Counted from the first letter of the stretch, positions 1-10,452 are shown. The stretch: DNA of 64,000 bases from Parcubacteria group bacterium (GCA_016186395.1 JACPLU010000001.1:5036-69035); one strand, 5' to 3'. Translations and numbers: made by a program. Notes: a model not told the origin generated them from the sequence alone.

Positions 1-75
1 TTTTTGAGGATAGTTGAACAATCGAATGTTCCTGAAGAAGAATTCAAATGAAGGAATATTCTTTATGGACTTAAT

Positions 76-768
76 TTGCTCAAGAATATTAAGGGTCTCA
101 CTCCAGTAGTTATTATTTTTATTGTTCTCGCCGTTGCCGCGGTTGGATATTTGGGGTTGAATTCTACAAGCTGTATTGATTTTACTACTGGAAAGGATGG
201 TCAAATATATATTTGTCAGACTTATTTCAAAAAACTGGTTAATAAATTTTCAGATTTTCAATCTCAAGTCGAACAAATCTCCGATACATCAGGTTGGAAA
301 ACGTATCGGAATGATCAGTACGGATTTGAGGTAAAGTATCCGCCTGAATGGAGTATAGAAGAAAAATATAACTATTCCGTAGACCGTGTTTATATTCGGG
401 GTAAAGGAGATGCAATGGTTCTTATCGCACCGATTGGTTGGGCAACAGGACGCGGAGGAACTATTAGGATAGAAAATTCTGATATATTCATTGATCGCTT
501 AAGGGCCACGAAAGAAACAAGTTTGACGGAAAGTGGTGACGAGTTCTCAAGTTTTATAAGGTTAGTTGATGTCCCTAGGGCATGGACATCAGAGAATTTT
601 ATAATCACCGACGCTAACATTATTGACGAAAGGATAGAGTGCGGAAAACCAGTGTCATCTGATGGAGAATGTGAGTTCGGTGACGGGGTGCGTTATTTTG
701 GCAGTACCAATATTCAAGATCAAAAGACTATTAATTCTATTCTTTCTACCTTCAAATTTATAGATTAA
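76..768 (+). CDS. Hypothetical membrane-anchored or secreted protein (N-terminal TM/signal segment, TTG start)
   Basis: 230-aa ORF with a hydrophobic N-terminus (VVIIFIVLAVAAVGYLGL). No recognisable catalytic motif. Confidence 0.45.
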   Translation: MLKNIKGLTPVVIIFIVLAVAAVGYLGLNSTSCIDFTTGKDGQIYICQTYFKKLVNKFSDFQSQVEQISDTSGWKTYRNDQYGFEVKYPPEWSIEEKYNYSVDRVYIRGKGDAMVLIAPIGWATGRGGTIRIENSDIFIDRLRATKETSLTESGDEFSSFIRLVDVPRAWTSENFIITDANIIDERIECGKPVSSDGECEFGDGVRYFGSTNIQDQKTINSILSTFKFID

Positions 769-830
769 CTTTTCGAGTTTCATGACTTAAGCTTCAAGTT
801 TTATGTTTTAAGTTTCATGTTTCAGGCTCT

Positions 831-1178
831 ATGATTAGCGATATTTTTTGTAAAATCGTTCAAAAGGAACTGCCGGCAGAAATAGTTTATGAAGACGAAG
901 AATTTTTAGTTATAAAAGACATTCATCCGCAAGCACCGGTGCATTTGTTGGTAGTTCCTAAAAAACATTTTGATCAGATTCATGCGGCGAGTCATGAGGA
1001 TTTAGATTTGCTTGGTAAGATGGTGCTTGTAGCTGGTAAAGCCGCAAAACTTGCAGGAACTGAAGAAAAAGGTTATAGATTAATAATTAATCAAGGTCAA
1101 GATGGGGGTCAATTAGTTCCTCATTTGCATTTGCATTTATTAGGCGGAAAAGCGTTAGGGCCTAAGATAATCAGATAA
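831..1178 (+). CDS. HIT-family (histidine triad) nucleotide hydrolase
   Basis: C-terminal HLHLHLLGG histidine-triad motif. Typical ~115-aa size. Confidence 0.85.
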   Translation: MISDIFCKIVQKELPAEIVYEDEEFLVIKDIHPQAPVHLLVVPKKHFDQIHAASHEDLDLLGKMVLVAGKAAKLAGTEEKGYRLIINQGQDGGQLVPHLHLHLLGGKALGPKIIR

Positions 1179-1186
1179 GCTCAACG

Positions 1187-1252
1187 TCTAATGACTAAGG
1201 TCTAAGGCAAATTGGTTTCTAGCTTTAGACTTTAGACTTTAGACTTTAGACT
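1187..1252. repeat. Family A intergenic hairpin repeat (GTCTAAAG...CTTTAGAC with tandem TAGACTTTAGAC units)
   Basis: Contains tctaatgactaagg...ctttagactttagactttagactttagac. Related copies occur at 13128, 14424, 24743, 27427, 33982 and 37771. Confidence 0.8.
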
Positions 1253-1255
1253 AGT

Positions 1256-1522
1256 TTGGTTCAAGTTTACCGAAAACCAAGAGAAACAATCCCAAGCCTA
1301 ATCAGGCGTTTTAGTCGTGCAGTTCAAACAAGTGGTGTTTTAGATCAGGCCAAGGCTAAAAGATCTAGTCGTCGTAAGCCGTCAGAAAGAGTTATCAAGC
1401 AAAGAGCGATTATGGCTTTTCATTTAAGAAAACTTAGAATACATCTTGAAAAGGTGGGTCAATATAGTGAAGAAAAATTTGAGATTGAAAAAAAGAAGTT
1501 GAAACAAAAACTCGGACTCTAA
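1256..1522 (+). CDS. rpsU: 30S ribosomal protein bS21
   Basis: LIRRFSRAVQTSGVL...RRKPSERVIKQRA matches the S21 pattern (ALRRFKR..EK.G.L....R.YEKP...RK). Basic protein of 88 aa; TTG start, so the exact start is uncertain. Confidence 0.7.
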   Translation: MVQVYRKPRETIPSLIRRFSRAVQTSGVLDQAKAKRSSRRKPSERVIKQRAIMAFHLRKLRIHLEKVGQYSEEKFEIEKKKLKQKLGL

Positions 1523-1542
1523 AGTGTAAATTTCAACTCTTA

Positions 1543-1666
1543 GAAAAATTATATCCTTTCAGCACGCAAATTTTCTCCAGCGGGAAATTTGCTAAGTGCA
1601 GCATTAGATTTTGTTCTTTCTAGAACAAACCAAGCAATCTAATGCCGCAATTACTTCAAGGATATA
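1543..1666 (+). other. Candidate structured RNA or complex attenuator: three nested hairpins closed by a 15-bp helix
   Basis: gaaaaattatatcctt (1543-1558) pairs with aaggatataatttttc (1651-1666). Internal hairpins are gcaaattt-N11-aaatttgc, gcattagatt...aatctaatgc and ttgttct-ttc-tagaacaa. Confidence 0.4.
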
Positions 1667-1682
1667 ATTTTTCTCCCCCATC

Positions 1683-2180
1683 TTGTTAAAAGAAAGAATT
1701 AAAAATGATGTGGTTCAGGCACTAAAGATGCATGACGAAAAAGGGCGGTTAGTTTTAGGTTCTTTGCTTGCCGTTATTCAAAATAAAGAGATAGAGAAAA
1801 GGAGTTTTGCCGTAAAGAAAAATCTTTTTAGTTCCCAAGAAGAGTTAGTAAAGGCGTCGGAGCTTTCTGACGATGACGTTATTCAAGTTATTCAATCTGA
1901 AGTTAAAAAACGGAAAGAAGCAGTTGAACTTTTTAGAAAAGGTAACAGAGATGAACTGGCTCAAAAAGAAGAAGATGAAATCATAATTTTATCTGGATAT
2001 TTGCCGGAACAACTAAACGAGGAAGAGTTGAAAGAAATAGTTAGAAATACGATTAATGAATTGGGTGCGAAGGATGTTAAAGAAATGGGTAGAGTAATAA
2101 ATACTGTTATGCAAAAAGTTAAAGGCAGGGCTGACGGTTCTATGGTTAGTAGGTTGGCTAAAGATTTATTGGTTTCATGA
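1683..2180 (+). CDS. GatB/YqeY-domain protein
   Basis: The C-terminal region (LPEQLNEEELKEIVRNTINELGAKDVKEMGRVINTVMQKVKGRADGSMVSRLAKDLL) is typical of the YqeY/GatB C-terminal domain. Confidence 0.8.
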   Translation: MLKERIKNDVVQALKMHDEKGRLVLGSLLAVIQNKEIEKRSFAVKKNLFSSQEELVKASELSDDDVIQVIQSEVKKRKEAVELFRKGNRDELAQKEEDEIIILSGYLPEQLNEEELKEIVRNTINELGAKDVKEMGRVINTVMQKVKGRADGSMVSRLAKDLLVS

Positions 2181-2665
2181 AGTCAAATTTTACTTTCAAT
2201 AATTTCACGAAAATTCGGTCCTTGAAAAAGGGCTTTTTTAATAAAGTGATAAGCAAGGTTTTAGAAGAACTTAAATTAGGAAGAGAAAATTTGGCTTTTA
2301 GTTTAAGTATTGTTGATTCAAAAAGAATGAAGGAACTCAACAGAAATTATAGAGGAAAAAACAAAACCACGGATGTGCTTTCGTTTTCTTATGTTAAGGA
2401 CGGAAAACTTTCTAATGCAGAATTGTTACGTTTTATCAAAAAAGAAAAAATTGTGGAACTCGGGGATATTTTTATTGATCCGTCGGTAGCAAAGAAACAA
2501 GCCCAGCAAGTTAAAAATGACGGCCATTCTTTAGAGTATGAATTTGCAATGTTAACAACTCATGGGCTCTTACATTTACTTGGTTATGATCACGAACGTT
2601 CTAAGAAGGACGAAAAGAGGGTGTATGATCTCCAAGCTAAAATTTTAAAGGGTTTGCACTTATAA
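2177..2665 (+). CDS. ybeY: rRNA maturation endoribonuclease YbeY
   Basis: HGLLHLLGYDHE zinc-binding motif (H..H..GYDH). Overlaps the upstream gene by 4 bp. Confidence 0.85.
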   Translation: MKSNFTFNNFTKIRSLKKGFFNKVISKVLEELKLGRENLAFSLSIVDSKRMKELNRNYRGKNKTTDVLSFSYVKDGKLSNAELLRFIKKEKIVELGDIFIDPSVAKKQAQQVKNDGHSLEYEFAMLTTHGLLHLLGYDHERSKKDEKRVYDLQAKILKGLHL

Positions 2666-2797
2666 TACATATTTTGTGATTTAGGTTTCATGTTTTACGT
2701 TCCATTTTCCCGCCTTATCCACCTTTAAATTTGTAAAATAGGGCCTCAATTGTTATTGTTAAATCAATAAATTATTCTATTTTTAAATTTTTAGTTT

Positions 2798-4045
2798 TTG
2801 GCTATGCCCAAAGGTCACGTAATAACGGGTCTTGATATCGGAAACTCTGCGATCAAAGCTGTGATGGTTGAAATACATCCTGATTTTGCGCGTCCGCAAG
2901 TTATAGGGATCGGTACAGCGACTTCAAATGGTATGAGGCATGGCATGGTGGTAGATATGGAAGAGATAGTAAAGGATTTAGACATAGCGGTAAATCAAGC
3001 GGCTCAAACTTCCGGAGTGAAACCTAATAGGGTTTATGTAAATATTAACGGTTCATATATTAGAACGCAGAATTCCCGAGGAGTTATAGCGGTTTCTCGC
3101 GCAGATAATGAGATTTCCGAAGCGGATGTTCAAAGAGTAATTGAGGCGGCATCGGCAGTAAGCTTACCGCCAAACAGAGAAATACTTCATATTATACCAA
3201 GACATTTTATCGTAGATGGGCATGACCAGGTTAAAAATCCAATAGGTATGACAGGCGTTAGGTTAGAAGCAGAAGTTATGTTAATTGACGTTTTATCGCC
3301 ATATATAAAAAATTTGGCTAAGGCAGTAAATCAAAATAATTTGGAAGTAGCAGAATTTGTTTTTACTCCTCTTGCGGCATCTCGTGCTGTTTTAGATAAG
3401 AAGGCAAGAGAACATGGGGCGATGGTTTTAGATATTGGTGGCGGTTTATGCAGTATGGCGATTTTTGAAGAAGGGGATCTTGTCTATACCGGGGTTTTGC
3501 CTTTAGGTAGCCGGCACATTACAAATGATCTGGCTATTGTACTTAGAACATCTCTAGATAATGCTGAGCAGATAAAATTGGAATATGGGTTTGTCGGTAC
3601 TGACAACCTTTCTAAAAAAGATGTTGTTAACCTCTCGGGGGTTATTGGTGAAGAAGAATTTATTGTTCCTAAAAAACAAATTGCTGAAGTTGTAGAAGCT
3701 CGAGTTTTAGAACTTCTTGATCTTGTAAATAAAGAACTTAAAAGAAGTGGTAAAAATTTATTGCCGGCTGGCGTGATGTTGACCGGCGGTGGTATAAAGC
3801 TTCCAGGCCTGGTTCATTTAGTAAAAGAAACTCTTAAACTGCCGGTGCATCTTGGTATCTCAAAAGAGGTTGACGGCATCGTAAATCGTTTAGACGATTC
3901 TGTTTTTACTACTGCAGTTGGCCTTACATTGTGGGGTGCTGACAAAGAAGGGGCCTATTTAAATAAAAGACATTCTTTTCAGGTGTTTGGCAAGAATGCG
4001 GCTATAAATAAAATGAGGGATTGGTTTAAAAATTTTATGCCCTAG
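2798..4045 (+). CDS. ftsA: Cell division protein FtsA
   Basis: Actin-like ATPase N-terminus (ITGLDIGNSAIKAVMVE), a LDIGGG phosphate loop, and its position immediately upstream of ftsZ. Confidence 0.9.
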   Translation: MAMPKGHVITGLDIGNSAIKAVMVEIHPDFARPQVIGIGTATSNGMRHGMVVDMEEIVKDLDIAVNQAAQTSGVKPNRVYVNINGSYIRTQNSRGVIAVSRADNEISEADVQRVIEAASAVSLPPNREILHIIPRHFIVDGHDQVKNPIGMTGVRLEAEVMLIDVLSPYIKNLAKAVNQNNLEVAEFVFTPLAASRAVLDKKAREHGAMVLDIGGGLCSMAIFEEGDLVYTGVLPLGSRHITNDLAIVLRTSLDNAEQIKLEYGFVGTDNLSKKDVVNLSGVIGEEEFIVPKKQIAEVVEARVLELLDLVNKELKRSGKNLLPAGVMLTGGGIKLPGLVHLVKETLKLPVHLGISKEVDGIVNRLDDSVFTTAVGLTLWGADKEGAYLNKRHSFQVFGKNAAINKMRDWFKNFMP

Positions 4046-4071
4046 TTTCTTAAAACAAGGAAAACTAAAGA

Positions 4072-4098
4072 GGAACGGATTCAAGGTCCGTTTTTGTT
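4072..4098 (+). terminator. Rho-independent terminator after ftsA
   Basis: aacggat-tcaagg-tccgtt hairpin followed by a T-run (tccgtttttgtttg). Confidence 0.5.
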
Positions 4099-4214
4099 TG
4101 TTACTCCTTGCATTGTAAAGTCATGTATGATAATGAATATGAAAACAACGGTTTATGGATTTTGTAACATTTGGATCCAAATGTTAAGTGTTTCTTCATA
4201 AATCGATATAAATA

Positions 4215-5348
4215 GTGCCTCAATTAAAACCTCCTTTTGAAACCTTTGCCCGTATAAAAGTAATTGGTGCCGGTGGTTCCGGAAGTAACGCTATTCAGCG
4301 GATGATAGCTGAAAAAATTCATGGCGTAGAATTAATTGCTGTAAATACTGATGCCCAAGATCTTCATAAGTCCGGGGCACCCACTAAGATTCATATAGGC
4401 AAAAATTTAACCAGAGGTCTTGGAGCTGGTATGAACCCAGAAATTGGACGACAAGCTGCTGAAGAGACTCGTGACGAACTTCACGAAGTTATTAAGGGTG
4501 CTGATATGGTGTTCATAACTTGTGGACTCGGGGGCGGTACTGGAACTGGTGCGGCACCGATAATTGCCGAAGTAGCAAAAGATGCCGGGGCCTTAACCGT
4601 TGCTATTGTTACCAGGCCGTTTAGTTTTGAAGGAGCTCAAAGAGGGAAAATAGCTGAAACTGGGTGGAACCAGTTAAGAGAAAAAGTAGATGCTCTTATT
4701 ACAATTCCAAACGATAGACTTTTATCAATTATAGAAAGAAAAACTCCTTTGCTTGAAGCCTTTAGAATAGTTGATGAAGTTTTGCGTCAGGGGGTTCAGG
4801 GAATATCAGATCTTATTACTACTCCGGGGATAGTTAATGTTGATTTTGCAGACGTTAAGGCAATCATGGCAAACTCTGGTTCAGCTTTAATGGGTATTGG
4901 AAGGGCAACGGGTGAAGATCGTGCTATTGAAGCTGCTAAAGCAGCAATAAATTCTCCGCTTTTAGAAATTTCAATTGATGGTGCGCGTGGAGTGCTATTT
5001 AATGTTGCTGGCGGTTCAGACCTATCTATGGCTGAAATTAACGATGCCGCTAAAGTAATAACAGAATCAATAGATACAGACGCTAAAGTTATTTTTGGTG
5101 CCACTCAAGACGATGGTTTAAAAAAAGGAGAGATTAAGATTACAGTTATAGCAACTGGTTTTGGAAATGGAGGAGTTAAACCAAGGGGTGCTACAAGTTT
5201 TGGATTATTTGAGCAGGAAAATACCAAAACCTCCTTGACACCTTCTCTAAGTAATTCTCAAAATTCTAAAAAAGTAATCGATGATCTAAATTCAGATGAA
5301 GAAGAGTATGATGTTCCGGCGTTTATTCGCCAAAAAATGAAAAAATAG
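4215..5348 (+). CDS. ftsZ: Cell division GTPase FtsZ
   Basis: Tubulin signature [19 protein letters not shown], and the full FtsZ architecture. Confidence 0.95.
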   Translation: MPQLKPPFETFARIKVIGAGGSGSNAIQRMIAEKIHGVELIAVNTDAQDLHKSGAPTKIHIGKNLTRGLGAGMNPEIGRQAAEETRDELHEVIKGADMVFITCGLGGGTGTGAAPIIAEVAKDAGALTVAIVTRPFSFEGAQRGKIAETGWNQLREKVDALITIPNDRLLSIIERKTPLLEAFRIVDEVLRQGVQGISDLITTPGIVNVDFADVKAIMANSGSALMGIGRATGEDRAIEAAKAAINSPLLEISIDGARGVLFNVAGGSDLSMAEINDAAKVITESIDTDAKVIFGATQDDGLKKGEIKITVIATGFGNGGVKPRGATSFGLFEQENTKTSLTPSLSNSQNSKKVIDDLNSDEEEYDVPAFIRQKMKK

Positions 5349-5410
5349 TTGAAATTTGTGGATAATTACAAAAAAATGCCCAAGTGGCGTTTTTTTGTTG
5401 GTTTCTGGGT

Positions 5411-5449
5411 TTGGTGAATAATACTATTTCTCTTTCTTCGTCCCCCCCC
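5411..5449. mobile_element. Partial copy (left end only) of the MITE-like element, followed by a C9 homopolymer
   Basis: tttggtgaataatactatttctctttcttcg matches the left arm of the 14994 and 30098 elements, then ccccccccc. Confidence 0.55.
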
Positions 5450-5684
5450 CACCTAACTTTTGTGGAAACTTGATTAGTTTAACTACATAATTGTCTTAAT
5501 TAATATTTAGTAATTCTGTCTATTAAAATAAAAGTTAGGTGGGGGTTGACTTCTTATTCGGAGGGTTTAAAATAAGAATTAAAGTGACTCTTAGAATCTT
5601 AAATATTTATAAAAGTTAGAATTAGTTTTTGGCGCCTTCACGGCGCCGACACTGTTTTAACAAAAGAATTAATTTTTCTCAAAT

Positions 5685-8497
5685 ATGACAAATCAATTTG
5701 TTTTTCCTCAAATTTCGACAGACAATGATAAAGAAAAGTTGGTAACCAGTTCTAAGCAAGGAAACGGAAAGTCTTATGGTTTAAACTGGCCCAGGTTTTT
5801 TGGCGAAGGTGATCCCTATGACTTTATTCAATGGGAAAGAAGGACAGCAAAAATAACCAAATCTGATGGCAGTATAGTTTTTGAGCAGAAAGATATTGAG
5901 GCACCCTCTTTTTGGTCTCAAACGGCTACAGATATTGTTGCCTCAAAATATTTCAGGGGGAAGATTAACAGTCCGGAAAGAGAAACAAGTGTTAGGCAGA
6001 TGATTGATCGAGTTAGTATTACGATAGCTAATTGGGGAAAAGCCGAAGGAAGGTTTATAAGTGATCAGGATTACGAAAACTTTTTACAAGATTTGAAATT
6101 TTTGCTGATAAATCAATACGCGTCTTTTAACAGTCCTGTTTGGTTTAATGTGGGTGTTTATGAACGTCCTCAATGTTCAGCTTGTTTTATCTTATCTGTA
6201 AAAGACGATATGCAATCCATCATGGATTGGGTTCAGGATGAAGGCTGGATATTTAAGAACGGTTCTGGTTCTGGAGTCAATCTTTCTTCTTTGCGCTCTT
6301 CCAAAGAGCCTTTATCCAAAGGTGGTCATTCTTCTGGTCCAGTCTCTTTCATGAAGGCTGCTGACGGCATGGCTAACTCGATTCGTTCCGGTGGAACAAC
6401 TCGACGCGCTGCCAAAATGGTAATTCTAAATGCAGATCACCCCGATATCAAAGATTTTATTTATTCTAAAAAAATAATTGAGGACATGACTAAAGCTTTG
6501 GCTCGAGAAGGCTTTAAAGATTCAATTACCGCAGATCTTTTTGACCCTTATACTCTTTTGCCGTATCAAAATGCTAATAATTCTGTTCGGGTGACAAATG
6601 AGTTTATGCATGCAGTAAAAGAAAATCGGGATTGGAATTTAAAAGCTGTTACTTCGGGAGATGTGATTGAGAGGATGCCAGCGAAAGATATACTTAGATG
6701 GTGTGCAGAGGCCGCTTGGCACTCTGCCGATCCAGGAATGCAATATGACACGGTTATAAACGATTGGCATACGTGTCCCAATAGTGGAAGGATTAGCGCC
6801 TCAAATCCATGCTCTGAATACATGCATCTTGATAACAGCGCCTGTAACCTTGCCTCACTGAACCTTTTAAAGTTTTTGCGTGAAGATGGAACTTTTGACG
6901 TCAATACTTTTAAAAATGCCGTTGGAACAATTATTCTTGCTCAAGATATTTTAGTTGATAATTCATCTTATCCAACTGAAAAAATAACCGAGAACGCTAA
7001 GAACTATCGTGAGTTAGGACTGGGTTATGCAAATCTTGGAGCTTTACTTATGACATTGGGACTTCCATATGATTCTGATCAAGGTAGGGCGTTGGCTGGT
7101 AGCATCACATCTTTAATGTGTGGGGAGGCTTATAGGATGTCGGCTATTATGGCGTCAAAATCTGGCCCCTTTGGTGGTTATATGAAAAATGAAGGACCAA
7201 TGTTGCGTGTTATAGAGAAGCATCAAAAAGCAGCCGATAATTTGGTTGAAAATATTAGATCAGATGGTCTAATTAATGAAGAAGACCTAATTTCTAACAG
7301 TCAATCTGTTTGGTATGAAGCGTTGGAATTGGGTAAACAGTACGGATACCGCAATTCTCAAGTTACAGTGCTTGCTCCTACGGGTACGATTTCGTTTATG
7401 ATGGATTGTAAAACAACAGGAATTGAACCGGATCTTGCTTTGGTAAGTTATAAAAAACTGGTTGGCGGAGGAACAATAAAATTAGTAAATAACCAAGTGC
7501 CGTCAGCTTTAAGGCGGCTTGGTTATTCTGAAGAACAGGTAAAATTATTTCGGATCATCTCATAGAAAAGGATACCATAGAGGGAGCTCCCGGACTTAAA
7601 GGGGAAGATTTGGCAGTTTTTGATTGTTCATTTAAACCACAAAATGGTAAAAGAACAATCAATTATATGGGACATCTTAAAATGATGGCGGTTGCTCAGC
7701 CATTTATATCCGGGGCTATTTCTAAAACTGTTAATCTTCCAAGCGAGGCAACTGTAGAGGATATAGAGCAGGCATTTATTGATTCTTGGGAGTTGGGTCT
7801 TAAAGCAGTCGCTTTTTATAGAGATGGTTCAAAAACCATACAGCCGTTAAGTACGTCAAAAGAAGATAAATTAGTTGAGCACATTAACGGATATACGCGT
7901 ATAAAACTGCCAGATGAACGGCCTTCTATAACCCATAAATTTACAATTGGTGGTTATGAGGGCTACATAACAACAGGTCTTTATCCGGGTACTCAAAAGC
8001 CCGGGGAGACTTTTCTAGTTGCTGCGAAAGAAGGCAGTACCGTATCGGGGTTATTAGATACAATTGCAACTTTAATTTCTATGTGTTTACAGTCCGGAAT
8101 TCCACTTAAGACCTTGGTCAAAAAGTTTAAGGATTTGCGTTTTGAACCAGCTGGTTATACAAACAACCCGGAAGTTCCTTTGGCAAAATCAATTGTTGAC
8201 TATGTATTTCGATATCTGGGTACAAAGTTTTTAACTCCAGAAGATAAGGAAGAAGTCTTTGGACCGCCTCATGATTTTAACGCTTCTGAAAAGGATATGA
8301 GTGCGATTACTACGCTGGCCTCCATAAATAATGTTCAAGTTTCCTCGGATCCGCTTCTTTGGAATCCACCGCCTAGACTCGGCGAGGCTGGCAACGAAGC
8401 GAGTGCTCCTGTTTGTAACTGCGGTGCTTTAATGTTTAGAGCCGGTTCTTGTTATACTTGTCCTAACTGTTTTTCTACTACTGGGGTTTGCAATTAA
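5685..8497 (+). CDS. nrdJ: Class II (adenosylcobalamin-dependent) ribonucleotide reductase NrdJ, interrupted by a -1 frameshift near 7541-7546
   Basis: ORF 5685-7565 and ORF 7610-8497 both carry RNR motifs (NPCSEYMHLDNSACNLASLNL; VFDCSFK...AVAQPFISGAISKTVN; C-terminal CxxC...CxxC). Reading from 7541 in the second frame gives the continuous KIISDHLIEKDTIEGAPGLKGEDLAVFDCSF. Confidence 0.8.
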
Positions 8498-8582
8498 GGA
8501 CTTTGTCTAAATTTAAGCGAAGCGCAGAAAATTTAGATACAAAACCGGAGTAGGATTCAAAAAACAGAATGGTGTAAATTAA

Positions 8583-8610
8583 AAACTCCTAAAGGGGAGT
8601 TTTGTTTTTA
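8583..8610. terminator. Bidirectional rho-independent terminator between nrdJ and the convergent small ORF
   Basis: aactcc-taaagg-ggagtt hairpin flanked by A and T runs. Confidence 0.55.
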
Positions 8611-8623
8611 TTAGAACATTGGG

Positions 8624-8821
8624 TTATTGATTTTGGGCGAGGTATTTTGCTGCCATTGAGCCGATAAATAAAGCCAAGATTACTTGTAAAAGAGTAAAGT
8701 CAATTTTGGCTGAAAGTTGAATGAAGCCGCTAAATAAAGTTATTCTGGCGAATTCAACAAGAAGTATGAGTCCTAGCCAAAAGAGTCCTTGGCTGATGAA
8801 AAACAATATCTTTTGATACAT
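8624..8821 (-). CDS. Small hypothetical membrane protein (65 aa, two TM segments)
   Basis: Hydrophobic ORF convergent with nrdJ. No motif. Confidence 0.35.
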   Translation of the reverse strand: MYQKILFFISQGLFWLGLILLVEFARITLFSGFIQLSAKIDFTLLQVILALFIGSMAAKYLAQNQ

Positions 8822-8869
8822 GATGAGTCTCCGAATTATTTAAAATAGCTATATTATAAGCATAGCATC

Positions 8870-10450
8870 GTGGTCAAAATTTACTATCCCCAGTTAATGA
8901 AATACGACTTGAGTTGGAAGCGTTACTTGGTTATAGTTTTACATATGATTTTAAGTCGCTCAAAGATTTTTTTAATTTGTCTTTTGGCATTTATTTTTGG
9001 GGTGGGATTGGGCTCATTTGTAAATGTAGCTGAAAAAGCAGCTCTTATAATCTTTTTAGTTTTAGGAATTCTGTTTTTGGGCGTCGGCTTGGTAGATAAA
9101 AGCAAAAGTTTATGGATTTTTTTGTTGGTTATAGTTTTTGCAGGTATTGTTAGATTTAACATAGAAAAAACAAATAGAGCGCAGTTTGATGGATTTATAG
9201 GTGTAAACTTTGCCGTTACAGTCAGAGGCTACATAAATGATCAGCCGCAGATTTTTGAAGATAAGCAACGTTTCATTTTTAAAGCAGAACAGATTATTGC
9301 CAATGATTTAGTAGTCAGTGTTGCAGACAATATTTTAATAACTTCAGATTTGTATCCCAAATATAATTTTGGAGATATTTTGGAGATAGAAGGAGAATTT
9401 CAAAAGCCAACTAGTTTTGATGACTTTGATTATGCCGCTTATTTGGCGAAAGACGATATCTATGTTTTGTCGTACTACCCCAAAATTAAAAAAATCTGTG
9501 AGGACAAACCAAATTGTTTAACACACTCATTTGCAACTACCTTGAAAAATGATTTTTTCAGAATTGTTTTTAACTGGAAACAAAAATTTGAAAATTCATT
9601 AAATTATTCTGTTAATGAACCCAATGCTTCGTTCTTAAATGGTGTGATTTTAGGATCTCGTTCAAATATCCCAATAGATTTGAAGGAGGACTTTAAAAAG
9701 ACCGGCACAAGTCATATCTTTGCTATTTCCGGATGGAATATTACCATTATCGGACAGATTATAGGTGGTTTCTTTTTATTATTTTTTAGAAGGCCAGTGG
9801 CTTTTTGGTTTACCGTCGGAGTAATTGCAACTTTTGTTTTATTAACCGGTGCTTCTGCATCTGTTGTAAGGGCGGCTGTTATGGGAGTTTTAGTTCTTTT
9901 GGCATACAAAGAAGGTAGATTTTACAATGCTACTAATGCAGTTGTTTTTGCAGGGGCGTTAATGATTTTAGTTAATCCTAAAATTTTGCGTTTTGACGTT
10001 GGATTTCAGCTTTCTTTTCTTGCGACACTTGGGCTCTTATACATTGGTCCGGTTATAGAAAGATTTTTTAAGCGATTGCCGAGCCTTTTTAAATTTAAAG
10101 AAAATTTAATTGCAACCTTATCAGCTACGGTTGCAATTTTACCGCTTGCAATTTTTTATTTTCGTCAGTTTTCAATAGTTTCTGTTCCAACCAATATTTT
10201 AGTTTTGCCAGCTATTCCTTGGGCAATGCTTTTTGGGTTTCTTTCAGGAATTCTGGGTTTATTATTTAATCCTTTGGGTCAGGCAGTCGGATGGACTGCT
10301 TGGCTATTCTCTTTTTACGCGCTGGGCATTATAAAGTTATTTGCTAAATTATCTTTTGCGGTGTTTGAAGTTCGCTGGCACTGGGTTGTAGTCTTTGTTT
10401 ACTACGTTATTTTGTCATTTGTTTTAAGAAGAAATTTTAAACAAATTTAA
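8870..10450 (+). CDS. comEC: ComEC/Rec2 DNA-uptake channel protein (N-terminal DUF4131 plus competence domain); the metallo-beta-lactamase domain is a separate downstream ORF
   Basis: Polytopic membrane protein. The N-terminal domain motif DFDYAAYLAKDDIYVLSYY and the many TM segments are typical of the ComEC core. Confidence 0.75.
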   Translation: MVKIYYPQLMKYDLSWKRYLVIVLHMILSRSKIFLICLLAFIFGVGLGSFVNVAEKAALIIFLVLGILFLGVGLVDKSKSLWIFLLVIVFAGIVRFNIEKTNRAQFDGFIGVNFAVTVRGYINDQPQIFEDKQRFIFKAEQIIANDLVVSVADNILITSDLYPKYNFGDILEIEGEFQKPTSFDDFDYAAYLAKDDIYVLSYYPKIKKICEDKPNCLTHSFATTLKNDFFRIVFNWKQKFENSLNYSVNEPNASFLNGVILGSRSNIPIDLKEDFKKTGTSHIFAISGWNITIIGQIIGGFFLLFFRRPVAFWFTVGVIATFVLLTGASASVVRAAVMGVLVLLAYKEGRFYNATNAVVFAGALMILVNPKILRFDVGFQLSFLATLGLLYIGPVIERFFKRLPSLFKFKENLIATLSATVAILPLAIFYFRQFSIVSVPTNILVLPAIPWAMLFGFLSGILGLLFNPLGQAVGWTAWLFSFYALGIIKLFAKLSFAVFEVRWHWVVVFVYYVILSFVLRRNFKQI

Positions 10451-10452
10451 AA

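Noticed and set aside
1215-1250. Tandem TTTAGAC x4 and similar short iterations as a possible CRISPR array
   Set aside because: The units are 6-7 bp with no unique spacers. They are part of the family A hairpin repeats, not 25-40-bp repeat/spacer architecture.
4796-5104. Antisense ORFs inside ftsZ, fusA, tuf, nrdJ, the P-type ATPase and others (e.g. 4796-5104, 6566-6904, 15751-16086, 19258-19506, 58922-59587)
   Set aside because: They are embedded antisense to strongly supported conserved genes; these are typical spurious long ORFs.
5350-5684. Cobalamin riboswitch or NrdR boxes in the nrdJ leader
   Set aside because: No B12-box-like consensus and no paired 16-bp NrdR palindromes are recognisable; only the C9 tract and a long inverted repeat.
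7566-7609. Intein or intron interrupting nrdJ
   Set aside because: The gap is only about 45 bp. A simple -1 frame change restores a continuous protein, so it is a frameshift, not an insertion element.
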